Positions 53,615 through 64,000 of a stretch of DNA of 64,000 nucleotides are shown here, piece after piece. The first letter of the stretch is position 1. Each line of letters begins with the position of its first letter. This DNA is from Nitrospirales bacterium (lineage in GTDB: Bacteria > Nitrospirota > Nitrospiria > Nitrospirales > UBA8639): positions 2,336,001 through 2,400,000 of the forward strand of contig OY820905.2 of assembly GCA_963555755.3 (NCBI GenBank), in the 5' to 3' direction. The position numbers and the translations under genes were made by a program. A model generated the notes under the pieces. The model did not search any database, was not told the DNA's origin, and worked only from the letters and a program-made list of their open reading frames with translations.

Positions 53615-53936
53615 GGGCTCGCGCAAGAATAACTTCCCCTGTTTGGGCGTCGATCCATCCCGCCTGGTGGCGTAGCTCGTCCTTTCCATACCGAGGAGTA
53701 TGCCCAGTCCTCGCGCCTTGCTAGGAGCCTGTCCGACATTAGGGATCATCGCGAGATTGTGCTGGTTTGAGGCAGCTTTTTCGATCGTTTGAGGCGAATA
53801 GTGGTGACTATTTAACGAAAACGATCGGAAAAGCTGGCCAAATCCAGCGCAATCGCAGTAGATCCGCTAATGTCGGACAGGCTCCTAGACAGGCGTCTCA
53901 GCACCCAAACAGGGGAAGTTATTCTTGCGCGAACCC
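53615..53936 (-). repeat. Family C MITE with a family D MITE inside (53721-53888)
   Basis: C TIRs outside, CTAG-bounded D inside. Confidence 0.88.
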
Positions 53937-54007
53937 TTAGAAGTTAGAAGAGAAAAGCGAAGGGAGTGAATGGAAGAGGAGCAGGCGTGCTCACTCTGAA
54001 CAGCACC

Positions 54008-54703
54008 CTATGACGAGGGCGCATCTGTAATTGTAAACACCATGGTGCCCACAACATTGCCGTCGTACAGTTCCTGGCCAGGGCTTTCATAAAAAATCTT
54101 TAAAAGGTACTTGCCCTTTTCCCACCCACCTTCAGGGCGAAACACTTCCAGATATCCGGCCTTCTCATTCATCTCTAAAAAGAGGGCATCGGTTCCGGAA
54201 TGTTCTGTTTTCGCAGTTTTCCCATCCGGCATAAAGTACCAGGCCGCGCGAAATTGTGAAGGGGCATCCATTCCTGAAACCGAAAACACAATATAAAAAA
54301 GATCCGTATCTGGAGAAAATTCTGATGCGCCTGGATCCACGGGTTCGACATAGGCATCATCAGTCATCCACCCTTGTCGACCAAAAGAATCCCAAGGGAT
54401 TTTTATATCCCGAGCCATGGCCACCCAATTAAAGGATGACTGAGGACGTTTCCAATTTTTTTGATCGAGCGCCATGAACCGATCATCAGGAGCGGGTTGT
54501 CCTGAAATTTCCGTTTTCGCTTCCTGGGGAACAAAGTTGGACGTCATTTGCCCATTCGCATGGCCGATGAAGAACAACATTCCGAGAAAGGCCACGAGAC
54601 GACTCAGACCCCGGTGACCCAACACCCCTGAATATATCGTGTTCATGTTTTTCTTGTGCTTCAACATAAGAACACCTCCTCCCGGCCAGAAGTTTTCCTT
54701 CAT
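54008..54703 (-). CDS. Secreted hypothetical protein; start uncertain
   Basis: Hydrophobic signal-like segment; GGWEKGKYLLKIF beta-sandwich-like motif. Confidence 0.65.
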   Translation of the reverse strand: MKENFWPGGGVLMLKHKKNMNTIYSGVLGHRGLSRLVAFLGMLFFIGHANGQMTSNFVPQEAKTEISGQPAPDDRFMALDQKNWKRPQSSFNWVAMARDIKIPWDSFGRQGWMTDDAYVEPVDPGASEFSPDTDLFYIVFSVSGMDAPSQFRAAWYFMPDGKTAKTEHSGTDALFLEMNEKAGYLEVFRPEGGWEKGKYLLKIFYESPGQELYDGNVVGTMVFTITDAPSS

Positions 54704-54812
54704 CCTTTAGCTTACCTCTCATCGATCGAAATCTGCAACGAGGAAGGAAATTCCGTGATGCGAAAGACAGGGTCTTTCCACCCCTAACGCTTTACGCCTC
54801 ACGTTTCACGCC

Positions 54813-55700
54813 TCACGGCGGCGGTGCGGGAACGCGTGTCCCCTCAATAGCTTGCCGCCGTCGCTCCACCATGCTATCGGCCATCTCGGTGAGGTGCTGT
54901 TCGAGGATTAAACGAAGGGGACCGCCGGTTTGATAATTTGCAGGAGCCATGAAATGCACGCGATCGGCATGTCGGGTGAGGTCGTAACATTTTTTAAACG
55001 ACCGCCGGGTCGGATCGTCTGGGTTGTACACTGCCACGGCCAAGCCACCATTTTTTTTAATGACCGTGAAACAGGGCACATCGGTTGGCCCGTCGCCGAC
55101 ATAAATCATATGCCGAAACGGCACGCGTCGGGCTTCTTCCGGCATGTGGTCGTTGACATCCTGTTCCATATTCAGAAGACCTTTGTTCACTCGAAACAGG
55201 AACTGCGTTTTTTGGGTGTGACTGATCGTTCGTTTGGGAAAATGAATATGGCCTTGGTCTTCGTCAAACTCGCACCCAAAAATGGCTTTGACATGTTTGG
55301 CAATATGACTGCCGTCTAAAATAGCTTTGAGCCCGGAACTGACCACATAGTGTTCGAGATGAATGTCCCACTCGGTATACCGGGGCTGATGTACAATGGC
55401 ATTGAGTTCTTCAAAAAAGTCCGGCACGCCCGGGAAAAACGTGAGGTCCGGCCCCATGGCTTGTAAATCGGCATTGGAGAGGGCGCGGATCGCGTCATAG
55501 TCTAACATCCGTTTCATGTACGCGAGTTCTTGATCATACCCTCGCTCTTTTATGAGCGCGGTACAACTGAGCCAAAATTCGGCTGGGTCGATTCCCGCAT
55601 GCCGCAGGATCGTATGATCCTGCATGTAATGCGGGCTGAGGGTGTGGTCGAAATCGTAGACGATCGCGAGAATGTTCTGCGGTTCAGGCATGATGTCCAA
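54813..55700 (-). CDS. HAD-superfamily hydrolase
   Basis: YDFDHTL, VSSG, YVGDGPTDVP. Confidence 0.88.
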   Translation of the reverse strand: MDIMPEPQNILAIVYDFDHTLSPHYMQDHTILRHAGIDPAEFWLSCTALIKERGYDQELAYMKRMLDYDAIRALSNADLQAMGPDLTFFPGVPDFFEELNAIVHQPRYTEWDIHLEHYVVSSGLKAILDGSHIAKHVKAIFGCEFDEDQGHIHFPKRTISHTQKTQFLFRVNKGLLNMEQDVNDHMPEEARRVPFRHMIYVGDGPTDVPCFTVIKKNGGLAVAVYNPDDPTRRSFKKCYDLTRHADRVHFMAPANYQTGGPLRLILEQHLTEMADSMVERRRQAIEGTRVPAPPP

Positions 55701-55955
55701 TCAGAAAACGTCGCCCCCAGAAATACAGCCTTACGCCCACTGCGCTAGAACCTTGAACCAAAAGCAGCCGTATCGGGATCTCCAAAGTCCAGGTCTCCAG
55801 ATTAGGGAAAGTCACAACATGAGTCAATGCCTGTTCTAAATCCTAGAAATGGCAGTTTGGCGCAAAACCAACATGTACGAATTGATAAGTGAGCTACTAC
55901 GATGCCGCTGAGAGGCTAGAAGCGAAACTGATCTAATCGTGTCGCCGATACTTTA

Positions 55956-56387
55956 CTAAGGAATGGTTTGCAAGGCACTTCGAAATTCTTGTAGACGTTG
56001 CCCAAAGACATTGAGATGTTGATTCCGAAGGGATTGATCTTTTCGATGGTCCCACACCTGATGAAACACCGTGCGCATGTCTTTGTGAAGAGTCACCAGT
56101 GTGGCATGCCCAGGAGACTCTCGTTGAGCGTCAGTCATTTCACAGGAGACGTGTTTCAAGGCATGGAATTGATCATGGAGGTCGGCCAGGGCTCCGCCTT
56201 CCCCCGACTCCTGTTTGGCTTTCGCCAGACTGTGTTCCATCATCTCGGTGAGGGTAAGCCCGGTCTCCACTCCGGTTTTGCCATGGGCCTGTTCGAGAAA
56301 CTCGCTGGCTCTGGGGTGAAACACACTTTCACAACCTTGAAGTCCAACAAGACCTCCCAGCAATACCAACACGATGGGCCATTTCAT
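55956..56387 (-). CDS. Helical lipoprotein, hypothetical
   Basis: LQGC lipobox; GGAGG RBS. Confidence 0.7.
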   Translation of the reverse strand: MKWPIVLVLLGGLVGLQGCESVFHPRASEFLEQAHGKTGVETGLTLTEMMEHSLAKAKQESGEGGALADLHDQFHALKHVSCEMTDAQRESPGHATLVTLHKDMRTVFHQVWDHRKDQSLRNQHLNVFGQRLQEFRSALQTIP

Positions 56388-56422
56388 AGTTGAATTTCGC
56401 CTCCCGGCCATTGGTGCGCAAA

Positions 56423-57235
56423 TCAAAAGATTGCCTTCACCAACTCTTGAATGCTGCGATGCATGTCGGGGTCGTCAGTGATGGGTCGGATGACAGCCGC
56501 ATCGCAGGCACGGTCAGGCACCACGCCTTTTTGGATCAACGTTCCGGCATAAATCAACAATCGTGTGCTGACGCCTTCCTCCAAGCCATGATTGCGCAGG
56601 TTGCGCACCTTCCCCCCAAGCTTGACAAGCTTTTGAGCCATATCCTTTGGCACCTGCGCTTCCCGTTCAATAATGCGCGTTTCGATCTCAGGAGGCGGGT
56701 AGGTAAATTCAATGGCCATGAATCGTTGCTTGGTGCTTTGCTTCAACTCCTTCAACACACTTTGGTACCCGGGATTGTAGGAAATAATCAACATAAAGTC
56801 ATCGACCGCTTCAATAATTTGTCCGCGTTTCTCGATGGGAAGAAATCGACGGTCGTCGCTGAGAGGATGCACAATCACCGTCGTGTCTTTTCTAGCTTCA
56901 ACCACCTCATCCAAATAGACGATGGCTCCATGTTTCACCCCAAGGGTTAAGGGACCATCTATCCACACCGTCTCTTCACCTTTGAGAAGATAACGGCCCA
57001 CCAGATCCGAAGCCGTTAAGTCTTCATGACAGGCAACCGTAATAAGCGGTCGTCCCAACTTGTAAGCCATGTGCTGGACAAACCGAGTTTTGCCGCACCC
57101 CGTCGGTCCTTTGAGCATCACCGGCATCTTGCTTTGAGAAGCAATCGTCACCAGCCCGATTTCGCCGTTGACCTCTTCGTAAAACGGTTCTGCGGTGAGC
57201 CGATATTGTTCAATGTCGAGTTCTTGCCCTTTCAT
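56423..57235 (-). CDS. CbbQ/NirQ/NorQ/GpvN AAA+ ATPase
   Basis: [38 protein letters not shown]. Confidence 0.93.
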   Translation of the reverse strand: MKGQELDIEQYRLTAEPFYEEVNGEIGLVTIASQSKMPVMLKGPTGCGKTRFVQHMAYKLGRPLITVACHEDLTASDLVGRYLLKGEETVWIDGPLTLGVKHGAIVYLDEVVEARKDTTVIVHPLSDDRRFLPIEKRGQIIEAVDDFMLIISYNPGYQSVLKELKQSTKQRFMAIEFTYPPPEIETRIIEREAQVPKDMAQKLVKLGGKVRNLRNHGLEEGVSTRLLIYAGTLIQKGVVPDRACDAAVIRPITDDPDMHRSIQELVKAIF

Positions 57236-57727
57236 GTGTATCTCATCCTAATCTTGCTTTCGTCCCATCCCCCAGATGAAGGGGCATTATACTGTGGGGT
57301 CGAAACCATGGACAAGTTAGGAGCCTATAGTGGCCATGCAATGAGGCACAGATCGACCAGCATGATTCACCTGCTTGGAATGCACCAAGCGAAGCAGAAT
57401 CGGCTATCTGCTTGGTCGCATGCTCAACCTCTTCCCACGCGAAATACGGACGCAAGAAACTATCCTGTTCAGGAAACCGGCAACAGACATCACAGCTCAC
57501 ACTCACTGTTGCGGGAACGAACTGAGACAGGGACAACACGGGAATTGAGCCATACACTTCTTCGCCTGTATTGCTCCTCACTACACCTCATAGTTTCGAA
57601 GTCTTCTGCCGGCGATGAAACACCTATTGGGCCTTCCCTTGTCTACCCGAAAGAGCGCATGGTATCATCTTAATTCGTGCCTTTAGAAGAACTTCCGACC
57701 TATTAACGATGACAGACCTGCTGGGCA

Positions 57728-59287
57728 TTGACCGAACTTATCTGTTTTTTGATGATCACCGACTCTGCGTTGACTTCAAAAGACCACGACCTTACCGATC
57801 CCATCATTGCACATCCTACGGCCGAAGGCTCAATGGTTAACGTGACATTACCCACGGCCCTTCACACGGCCACAGACCTCATCCCTCCCGAATCGTTCGT
57901 CACGACACAGCATCGATGCGCTTCCGTGTCAGACACCTTGATCAAAGCCAACGTGTTTGAGAGTTCTCAGAATCCTCAATGGCGCATCTCTCCAACGCCT
58001 TTTTTCCTTGAACGGAAAGACGTAAAATTTTTCGAGTCCCTTGGCGCTCATTTATTACGATTTTATCGGGCGCTGAATCGACTCTACCTGGCCAGTGTCA
58101 AAGGCACGCAGCCCGCTTGGGTTCATGAATATTTAGACCAGGGCAAACCTCCGGCTCTTCTTGAATATGGCCGAATGAAACGATTTCGGGATATCCTGCC
58201 GGACGTCATCCGACCAGACATCATTCCCACCGAAGCGGGAATGACGATGACCGAACTCGACTCGGTCCCCGGAGGAATAGGCTCCACCGCCATCTTGTCC
58301 GACGCCTATGCGAAATTTGGGGACGACGTTGTCGAAGGAGCGAAGGGGATGCTTGATGGGTTTGCGTCGATGCTCCAGTCCCGCTTGGGAAACACACCCG
58401 GATGTGTGGCCATCGTCGTATCTGACGAGGCCGAAGACTATCGGGCTGAAATGGCATGGCTAGCTTCCCATTTACAGGAACAAGGGACGGAGGCGTATTG
58501 CGTTCATCCCCGTGACATGCGGTTCACCGAAGAGTCCTTGTTCATCATGACCACTTCGGGAGAGAAAGCTGTCGCGCTCATTTATCGCTTCTATGAATTG
58601 TTCGACCTCAAAAACATTCCCAAATCAGAACTCGTCCTGTACAGCGCGAAAAAAGACCGAGTGGAGGTCACTCCTCCTTATAAGCCGTGGATGGAAGAAA
58701 AATTGGCATTTGCGTTGCTGCACCATCCAATGTTGGAGCCATTTTGGACGAAGGCCTTTGGGCTCGAGACATTTGACGTGCTTCATCAACTCATGCCCAA
58801 AACTTGGATTTTAGATCCACGACCGATTCCACCCTCTGCCATCATTCCCAATCTTTTGATGGCAGGCTCAGCGGTCTCGAATTGGCACCAATTGGCGCAA
58901 GCCACGCAACGACAACGGCAGTTCGTCATTAAACCATCGGGCTTTTCAGAACTCGCCTGGGGCAGCCGTGGCGTAGTCATTGGCCATGATATTCCGCAAA
59001 CCGAATGGTCCGCGGCTTTGGATCGTGGGCTTGACTCATTCGAGACATCCCCTCATATCCTGCAAGAGTTTCATAAGGGCCGTCAGTATGACGTGACCTA
59101 TATGGAAGAACGGACTCAAGAGATGGTCTTGATGCAGGGTCGGGTTCGGCTGTCGCCCTATTATTTTGTCTCTGGCGACGAAGCCCGTTTAGGAGGAATC
59201 CTCGCGACCGTGTGCCCCAAGGACAAGAAGGTCATTCACGGCATGCGGGAGGCCATTTTAGCACCCTGTGCGATTGCTGAGGAATGA
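57728..59287 (+). CDS. Circularly permuted ATP-grasp-like protein; start uncertain
   Basis: IRPD...TELDSVPGG, IYRFYELFD, EEK, KPSGFSELAWGSRGV, LQEF, RVRLSPYY. Confidence 0.7.
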   Translation: MTELICFLMITDSALTSKDHDLTDPIIAHPTAEGSMVNVTLPTALHTATDLIPPESFVTTQHRCASVSDTLIKANVFESSQNPQWRISPTPFFLERKDVKFFESLGAHLLRFYRALNRLYLASVKGTQPAWVHEYLDQGKPPALLEYGRMKRFRDILPDVIRPDIIPTEAGMTMTELDSVPGGIGSTAILSDAYAKFGDDVVEGAKGMLDGFASMLQSRLGNTPGCVAIVVSDEAEDYRAEMAWLASHLQEQGTEAYCVHPRDMRFTEESLFIMTTSGEKAVALIYRFYELFDLKNIPKSELVLYSAKKDRVEVTPPYKPWMEEKLAFALLHHPMLEPFWTKAFGLETFDVLHQLMPKTWILDPRPIPPSAIIPNLLMAGSAVSNWHQLAQATQRQRQFVIKPSGFSELAWGSRGVVIGHDIPQTEWSAALDRGLDSFETSPHILQEFHKGRQYDVTYMEERTQEMVLMQGRVRLSPYYFVSGDEARLGGILATVCPKDKKVIHGMREAILAPCAIAEE

Positions 59288-59333
59288 AAAACCCTTCCAC
59301 CAAAATACCAAGGAAGATGCCGAGCCACTCGAT

Positions 59334-59567
59334 ATGACCCTGTATCACACCGAATGGTGTCCCGAATGCGCAGTCGTTCGGGGCAAACTCTCAGAGCTTG
59401 ATCTGGAATATGAGAGTGTGATTGTCCCGGATGTTCGACCATTTCGTACACAAGTGCACGAGGTGTCCGGTCAATATTACGTTCCTGTTCTCGTGGATGG
59501 AGAATCGGTCTTCACGGAAACGAGCGATATTTTGGATCATTTGGACTCCCATCCAGGAACCACATGA
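59334..59567 (+). CDS. Glutaredoxin-like protein
   Basis: WCPEC, SGQYYVPVLVD. Confidence 0.8.
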   Translation: MTLYHTEWCPECAVVRGKLSELDLEYESVIVPDVRPFRTQVHEVSGQYYVPVLVDGESVFTETSDILDHLDSHPGTT

Positions 59568-59678
59568 AGTCCCAGAGAGAGGATTTTTTGTTTCACGATA
59601 TGATACACCTCATGGCCAAGCCCATTGAAGTCCCGTGGGGCATTCTCTACAACATTGTTTATCTGCGAGGAATTCTCT

Positions 59679-60797
59679 ATGGATGATTGGAAACAAGTCC
59701 TAGCGGAGAGCATTACTAAACCCAAAGATTTGGCAAGGCATCTCGGTGTGGACCCGAAGGAGATCGAAGACGTCGTGGGAGCCTATCCCATGCGCATTAC
59801 CCCCACGGTTCTTGCGACCATAAAAGAAAAAGGCGATGCCATTTGGAAACAGGTCGTCCCAGAGGCCATTGAAATGGAGGACTTCGATGCGCCGGACGAT
59901 CCATTGGAAGAAGATACGGACAGCCCGGTGCCACATCTCGTCCATCGGTATCCTGACCGTGTCCTCCTCATGGTGACAAACCAATGTCCCATCTATTGCC
60001 GATTTTGTACACGCAAACGGCTGGTGGGTAAACCGGGATTTCTCAAGAAAGGCGAATTGGATCAAGCCATCGCCTACCTTCGCGAACACACCGAGGTACG
60101 GGACGTTATTTTATCCGGGGGCGACCCGCTGTTATTGCCTGACTATTTAATCGAACGCATTCTCAAAGCCCTTCGCACGATTCCTCACCTGGAACTCATC
60201 CGGTTTGGGACTCGCGTTCCTGGAACATTGCCGCAACGCATTACCCCGGAGTTATGTGACATCATCAAACAGTATCATCCCATTTACATGAACCTGCATT
60301 TCAATCATCCTGATGAACTCACCCCTGAAGTAAAAGAAGCGTGTGGGCGACTCGCCGATGCCGGCATTCCACTGGGCGCACAAACCGTGTTATTAAAGGG
60401 TGTCAACGACGACCCGGACATCATGAAACAATTGATGCACCAGCTCCTACTGGCGCGAATAAAGCCCTATTATCTGTATATGGCTGACCTTACGAAAGGC
60501 ACCAACCATTTTCGCACAACCGTGGAAACGGGGTTGAAAATTATCCAAGCCTTGCAAGGGCACACGAGCGGCATGGCGGTCCCACATTTTGTCATTGATG
60601 CACCAGGTGGAGGAGGAAAAATTCCCCTTCTTCCCAACGAATACCTGCTGAACTTGGATGAAAACGGTGCAGTGCTAAAAAACTATGAGAACAAGACCTA
60701 CCATTACCCGCAGCCTGATCAAACCCGGTCGCGTGAACTTCCCATGGTTGGAGCATCATCCATCGGTGGCCTCTGCAGCGGAGCCTTAGACGACTAA
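59679..60797 (+). CDS. KamA-family radical SAM aminomutase
   Basis: HRYPDR, CPIYCRFCTRKR, SGGDPL, DAPGGGGKIP. Confidence 0.93.
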   Translation: MDDWKQVLAESITKPKDLARHLGVDPKEIEDVVGAYPMRITPTVLATIKEKGDAIWKQVVPEAIEMEDFDAPDDPLEEDTDSPVPHLVHRYPDRVLLMVTNQCPIYCRFCTRKRLVGKPGFLKKGELDQAIAYLREHTEVRDVILSGGDPLLLPDYLIERILKALRTIPHLELIRFGTRVPGTLPQRITPELCDIIKQYHPIYMNLHFNHPDELTPEVKEACGRLADAGIPLGAQTVLLKGVNDDPDIMKQLMHQLLLARIKPYYLYMADLTKGTNHFRTTVETGLKIIQALQGHTSGMAVPHFVIDAPGGGGKIPLLPNEYLLNLDENGAVLKNYENKTYHYPQPDQTRSRELPMVGASSIGGLCSGALDD

Positions 60798-60799
60798 TC

Positions 60800-61957
60800 A
60801 TGGCCGCTCCTCGAAAACACGGCATTCTTCCTGACAAGCACCTGAAGCAACTGATTCAGGAAGACGCGGTGTATGCCGATTCCCCGATTGGCGATGCGCA
60901 GATACAACCGGCCAGCCTGGACCTGCGTCTGGGAACTAAAGCCTATCGATTACTCAGTAGCTTTCTGCCCGAGCGGTCAGAAATTAGCACGCGCTTGTGC
61001 ATGTCGAATCTCTATAAGTCGGATTTGGTCATGTATGAAATGGATCTCACTAAGGGAGCCATCCTCGAAAGAGGGCATGTCTATCTTGTTCCGCTTCAAG
61101 AGAATCTCGCGCTCCCCCCAACTATTCGCGGACGAGCTAACCCTAAAAGTTCAACCGGACGGCTGGATATCTTCACGCGGGTCATCACAGACCTTAACGT
61201 TGGCTTCGATGAAATTCGTCAAGGCTATCATGGTCCATTGTATCTCGAGATTGTGCCGAGATCATTTACCATTCGTGTCCAAACAGGGCTGTCGTTAAAC
61301 CAACTTCGGTTGATAGCCGGGCGACCGACTGTCTCCGACTCCCAACTCAAAACTCTACATCGATCGGCTTGCTTACTCCATCATAATGAAGACCACGCAA
61401 CCGGTGGCCGGCCAGTGGCTGCACGCGAGGTACGAGTAGACCAGGGCCTTTTTTTGCGGATCGATCTGAAGGGCGGGGATACGGAACACGACATCGTCGG
61501 CTACCGCGCCAAGAAAAATAGTCACATCATTGATCTTTCCAAAATAGGATACTATTCAGCATTCGACTATTGGGAACCCCTGTACCGGCATGCAAACGAT
61601 ACGCTGCTTCTTGAACCGGAAGAGTTTTATATTCTCGCTTCCAAAGAACGGATTACCGTCCCCGCTGGGTATGCCGCGGAAATGGTGGCCTACGAAGCTG
61701 CCTGTGGAGAACTTCGGACGCATTACGCCGGATTTTTCGATCCTGGTTTTGGAGCCGGCTCATCTCCTCGAAACGGCACGCAAGTCGTGCTTGAGGTACG
61801 ACCCCATGATGTGCCATTTCTTATTCACGACGGCCAAACGTTTTTCAAAGTCATGTACGAAAAAATGCTGGATACTCCAGATGCAATCTACGGCTCAGCC
61901 ATCGGGTCCAATTACCATCAGCAGGGCTTGACGCTGAGCAAACACTTTAAATGGTGA
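60800..61957 (+). CDS. dcd: 2'-deoxycytidine 5'-triphosphate deaminase (long form)
   Basis: QPASLDLRLG, ANPKSSTGRLD, HYAGFFDPGFG, VLEVRPHDVPF. Confidence 0.88.
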   Translation: MAAPRKHGILPDKHLKQLIQEDAVYADSPIGDAQIQPASLDLRLGTKAYRLLSSFLPERSEISTRLCMSNLYKSDLVMYEMDLTKGAILERGHVYLVPLQENLALPPTIRGRANPKSSTGRLDIFTRVITDLNVGFDEIRQGYHGPLYLEIVPRSFTIRVQTGLSLNQLRLIAGRPTVSDSQLKTLHRSACLLHHNEDHATGGRPVAAREVRVDQGLFLRIDLKGGDTEHDIVGYRAKKNSHIIDLSKIGYYSAFDYWEPLYRHANDTLLLEPEEFYILASKERITVPAGYAAEMVAYEAACGELRTHYAGFFDPGFGAGSSPRNGTQVVLEVRPHDVPFLIHDGQTFFKVMYEKMLDTPDAIYGSAIGSNYHQQGLTLSKHFKW

Positions 61958-61959
61958 CC

Positions 61960-62430
61960 ATGGCAGAAGAACCTACACATAAAGTCGAGACCGACACGCA
62001 ATCCGACACGCCGCCCGAAACCCCAACACGGCAAATTCCCGGCGTGCACGTAGGACCCCCTACGCCAGAATCCGAACTGGATCCAGAAACCCACGAAGCG
62101 CTCCAGATGAAAGTTTCCATGAAGATAGTGGGCTCGGTCATGGTCTTCATCGGATTTATTCAAGTGTTTCTCTCTGTCAGTACGGGTGCGGAAATCACGG
62201 CCTTCCCCATGATTCTGTATTTTGTCGGTTTGGCGTTGTGGGCTCATTCCTCGGTGAAGATCCCCAGGGTGCGGTATCTCATCATCGCCTTTTCATTGGT
62301 CTGTGCGCTCGGATTTTTTCAACTGGGGGAAGTGTTGTTCTGGCACAAATATGTCATCTATTGGGGCACCATCGCTATGGTAGTCTTTTTTATGTTTCAG
62401 AATCCTAAGAAACCCTCTAAGCCTCAGTGA
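61960..62430 (+). CDS. Membrane protein (about 4 TM)
   Basis: Acidic Pro-rich N-terminus followed by hydrophobic segments. Confidence 0.7.
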   Translation: MAEEPTHKVETDTQSDTPPETPTRQIPGVHVGPPTPESELDPETHEALQMKVSMKIVGSVMVFIGFIQVFLSVSTGAEITAFPMILYFVGLALWAHSSVKIPRVRYLIIAFSLVCALGFFQLGEVLFWHKYVIYWGTIAMVVFFMFQNPKKPSKPQ

Positions 62431-62562
62431 ACCGTATCTCGTCGCTCGTATCTCGTGCCTGCGCGCTGTAGCGCTTTCAGCCTTCGTAGCCACTTCGGCG
62501 AAGTAGGCCCGGCGCGCAAGCGTGAAAAGAAGAACCACGTTTCACGCATCACGGCTTTCCAC

Positions 62563-63267
62563 ATGCCCGCATCCATCGCGATTATAATCCCGACACTCAA
62601 TGAGGAACGCGCTCTTCCTCGAACGCTACTGTACCTTCGACAACAACAATTCAACGAAGTGATTGTGGTCGATGGGGGCAGTCAGGATCACACCGTATCC
62701 GTGGCCACAAACCATCTCTCCGGACTCAGCCAGCGCGAATCCAAAGTCATCATTGCTGATCGCGGACGGGCACAACAACTGAACGCCGGGGCTGCCGAAG
62801 CGCAATCAGACATTCTGCTGTTCCTGCATGCTGACACGCAATTGCCCCTTCACAGTCGAACCGAGATTGAACAGGTTACGGAAAACTCCCAATGTGTCGG
62901 GGGTCGATTTGATGTGCAGTTTGAAGACGATCGTGGCTGGGCGTGGGTCATCAGTCGTATGATGAATTGGCGCTCACGCTGGTCAGGCATTGCCACAGGC
63001 GATCAGGCCATTTTTGTTCGACGAGAAATTTTTCAGCAAATGGGCGGGTATGCCGACATTCCGCTCATGGAAGATATCGAATTCACGAAGCGGCTGAAAC
63101 ACCTTGGAAAAGTGGCGACACTCCATACCAAAGTGACCACCTCCTTTCGACGGTGGGAACAACGCGGGGCCTTGCAAACGATCTTGCAGATGTGGACCCT
63201 TCGATTTCTCTACTGGTTGGGGCTCAGTCCACAAACACTTCGCCAATTGTATGCCACGATCAGGTAA
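62563..63267 (+). CDS. TIGR04283-family GT2 glycosyltransferase
   Basis: IIIPTLNEE, VVDGGSQD, FLHADT, TGDQAIF, LMED, TSFRRW. Confidence 0.9.
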   Translation: MPASIAIIIPTLNEERALPRTLLYLRQQQFNEVIVVDGGSQDHTVSVATNHLSGLSQRESKVIIADRGRAQQLNAGAAEAQSDILLFLHADTQLPLHSRTEIEQVTENSQCVGGRFDVQFEDDRGWAWVISRMMNWRSRWSGIATGDQAIFVRREIFQQMGGYADIPLMEDIEFTKRLKHLGKVATLHTKVTTSFRRWEQRGALQTILQMWTLRFLYWLGLSPQTLRQLYATIR

Positions 63268-64000
63268 GCCCTCTCACTCTCGCCGGCACGGCCACAAAAA
63301 AAAAGGCCGTCCAACATCAGGGCCTGCTGAAGGCGCGATCATTATTTTTGCCAAAGCGCCGGTGCCCGGCCAAGTCAAAACACGCTTGTGCCCACCACTC
63401 ACCCCAGACGAAGCGGCCAGCCTGCATGGCAGCATGGTCATGGATGCGGTTGAACACACCAGGCCCCTTCGAGAGTTCGATATTTATTTAGCGTGCACAC
63501 CCAGCATGGACCATCCCTTCTTTCAAACCCTAGCCGCCCGGCATCGACTTCAATTATGCGACCAGGTTGGTGAGGATCTTGGACAACGCATGGACCATGC
63601 CCTTACCATCATCCTCAATCGTGGCTACAAGCATGCCCTGTTGGTTGGAGCGGATATTCCCAATCTTTCCGGTCACACATACAAACAGGCTAAAGACATG
63701 TTGCAATCGAAGGATGTGGTGTTTGGCCCAACCAAAGACGGAGGGTACTATTTGGTGGGGATGAAAATACCCAATCCTGAACTGTTTGCCAATATATCTT
63801 GGTCAACCGATCGCGTACTGACCCAAAGCCAAGCTCAAGCTGAAAAGCTGGGCCTTGCCATGAGTCTGCTAGAACCAGAACACGATATCGATACCTTTGA
63901 CGATTTGCAGGCTTTTTTGGATGAAAAAACTGGATTAGGAAAAACGAAACTTTCGACTCGAACAGCGAATGTCTTCCAGACCTTGGTACAGCGGCATCGT
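63251..64000 (+). CDS. TIGR04282/DUF2064-family glycosyltransferase, open at the window end (not in the ORF track)
   Basis: IFAKAPVPGQVKTRL, GEDLGQRM, GADIP, GPTKDGGYYLVG, DIDTFDDL. Confidence 0.88.
   Translation, partial: MPRSGKPSHSRRHGHKKKGRPTSGPAEGAIIIFAKAPVPGQVKTRLCPPLTPDEAASLHGSMVMDAVEHTRPLREFDIYLACTPSMDHPFFQTLAARHRLQLCDQVGEDLGQRMDHALTIILNRGYKHALLVGADIPNLSGHTYKQAKDMLQSKDVVFGPTKDGGYYLVGMKIPNPELFANISWSTDRVLTQSQAQAEKLGLAMSLLEPEHDIDTFDDLQAFLDEKTGLGKTKLSTRTANVFQTLVQRHR

Noticed and set aside
56423..57235. RuBisCO or nitric-oxide reductase cluster
   Set aside because: No cbbL/S/O or nor genes in the window

Overview
This is a bacterial chromosomal window, probably Nitrospirota (inferred from gene content and repeat types). 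A housekeeping backbone (glk, rpiA, degQ-like, tRNA-Glu, deoxyhypusine synthase-like, pyruvoyl arginine decarboxylase, xth, anmK, bolA-grxD, hpnA, ispA, uvrA, ruvB, ubiE, CbbQ/NirQ, KamA, dCTP deaminase, TIGR04283/TIGR04282 glycosyltransferases) is densely interspersed with mobile DNA. Three intact IS elements have readable ends. (1) An IS110 at 17104-18319 has a CT core, a promoter that forms only on the excised circle, and a left-end bridge RNA whose guides match its own donor and its target; an empty copy of the target lies at 42956-42980. (2) An IS1634 has 13-bp terminal inverted repeats (TIRs) and a 5-bp target-site duplication (TSD). (3) An IS66-type element with an 8-bp TSD carries a DUF4338/DruA-like gene in place of tnpA/tnpB. 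At least seven families of non-autonomous palindromic repeats (MITEs) are present, often nested. One MITE copy encloses about 1.35 kb of cargo, including a nucleoside-deoxyribosyltransferase-like gene. Four families share an ERIC/RPE-1-like internal core despite unrelated termini. Decayed RAYT, IS4 and toxin-antitoxin remnants are also present. No CRISPR array, rRNA or prophage was seen. All calls come from reading the sequence and recognising motifs; no database searches were run.
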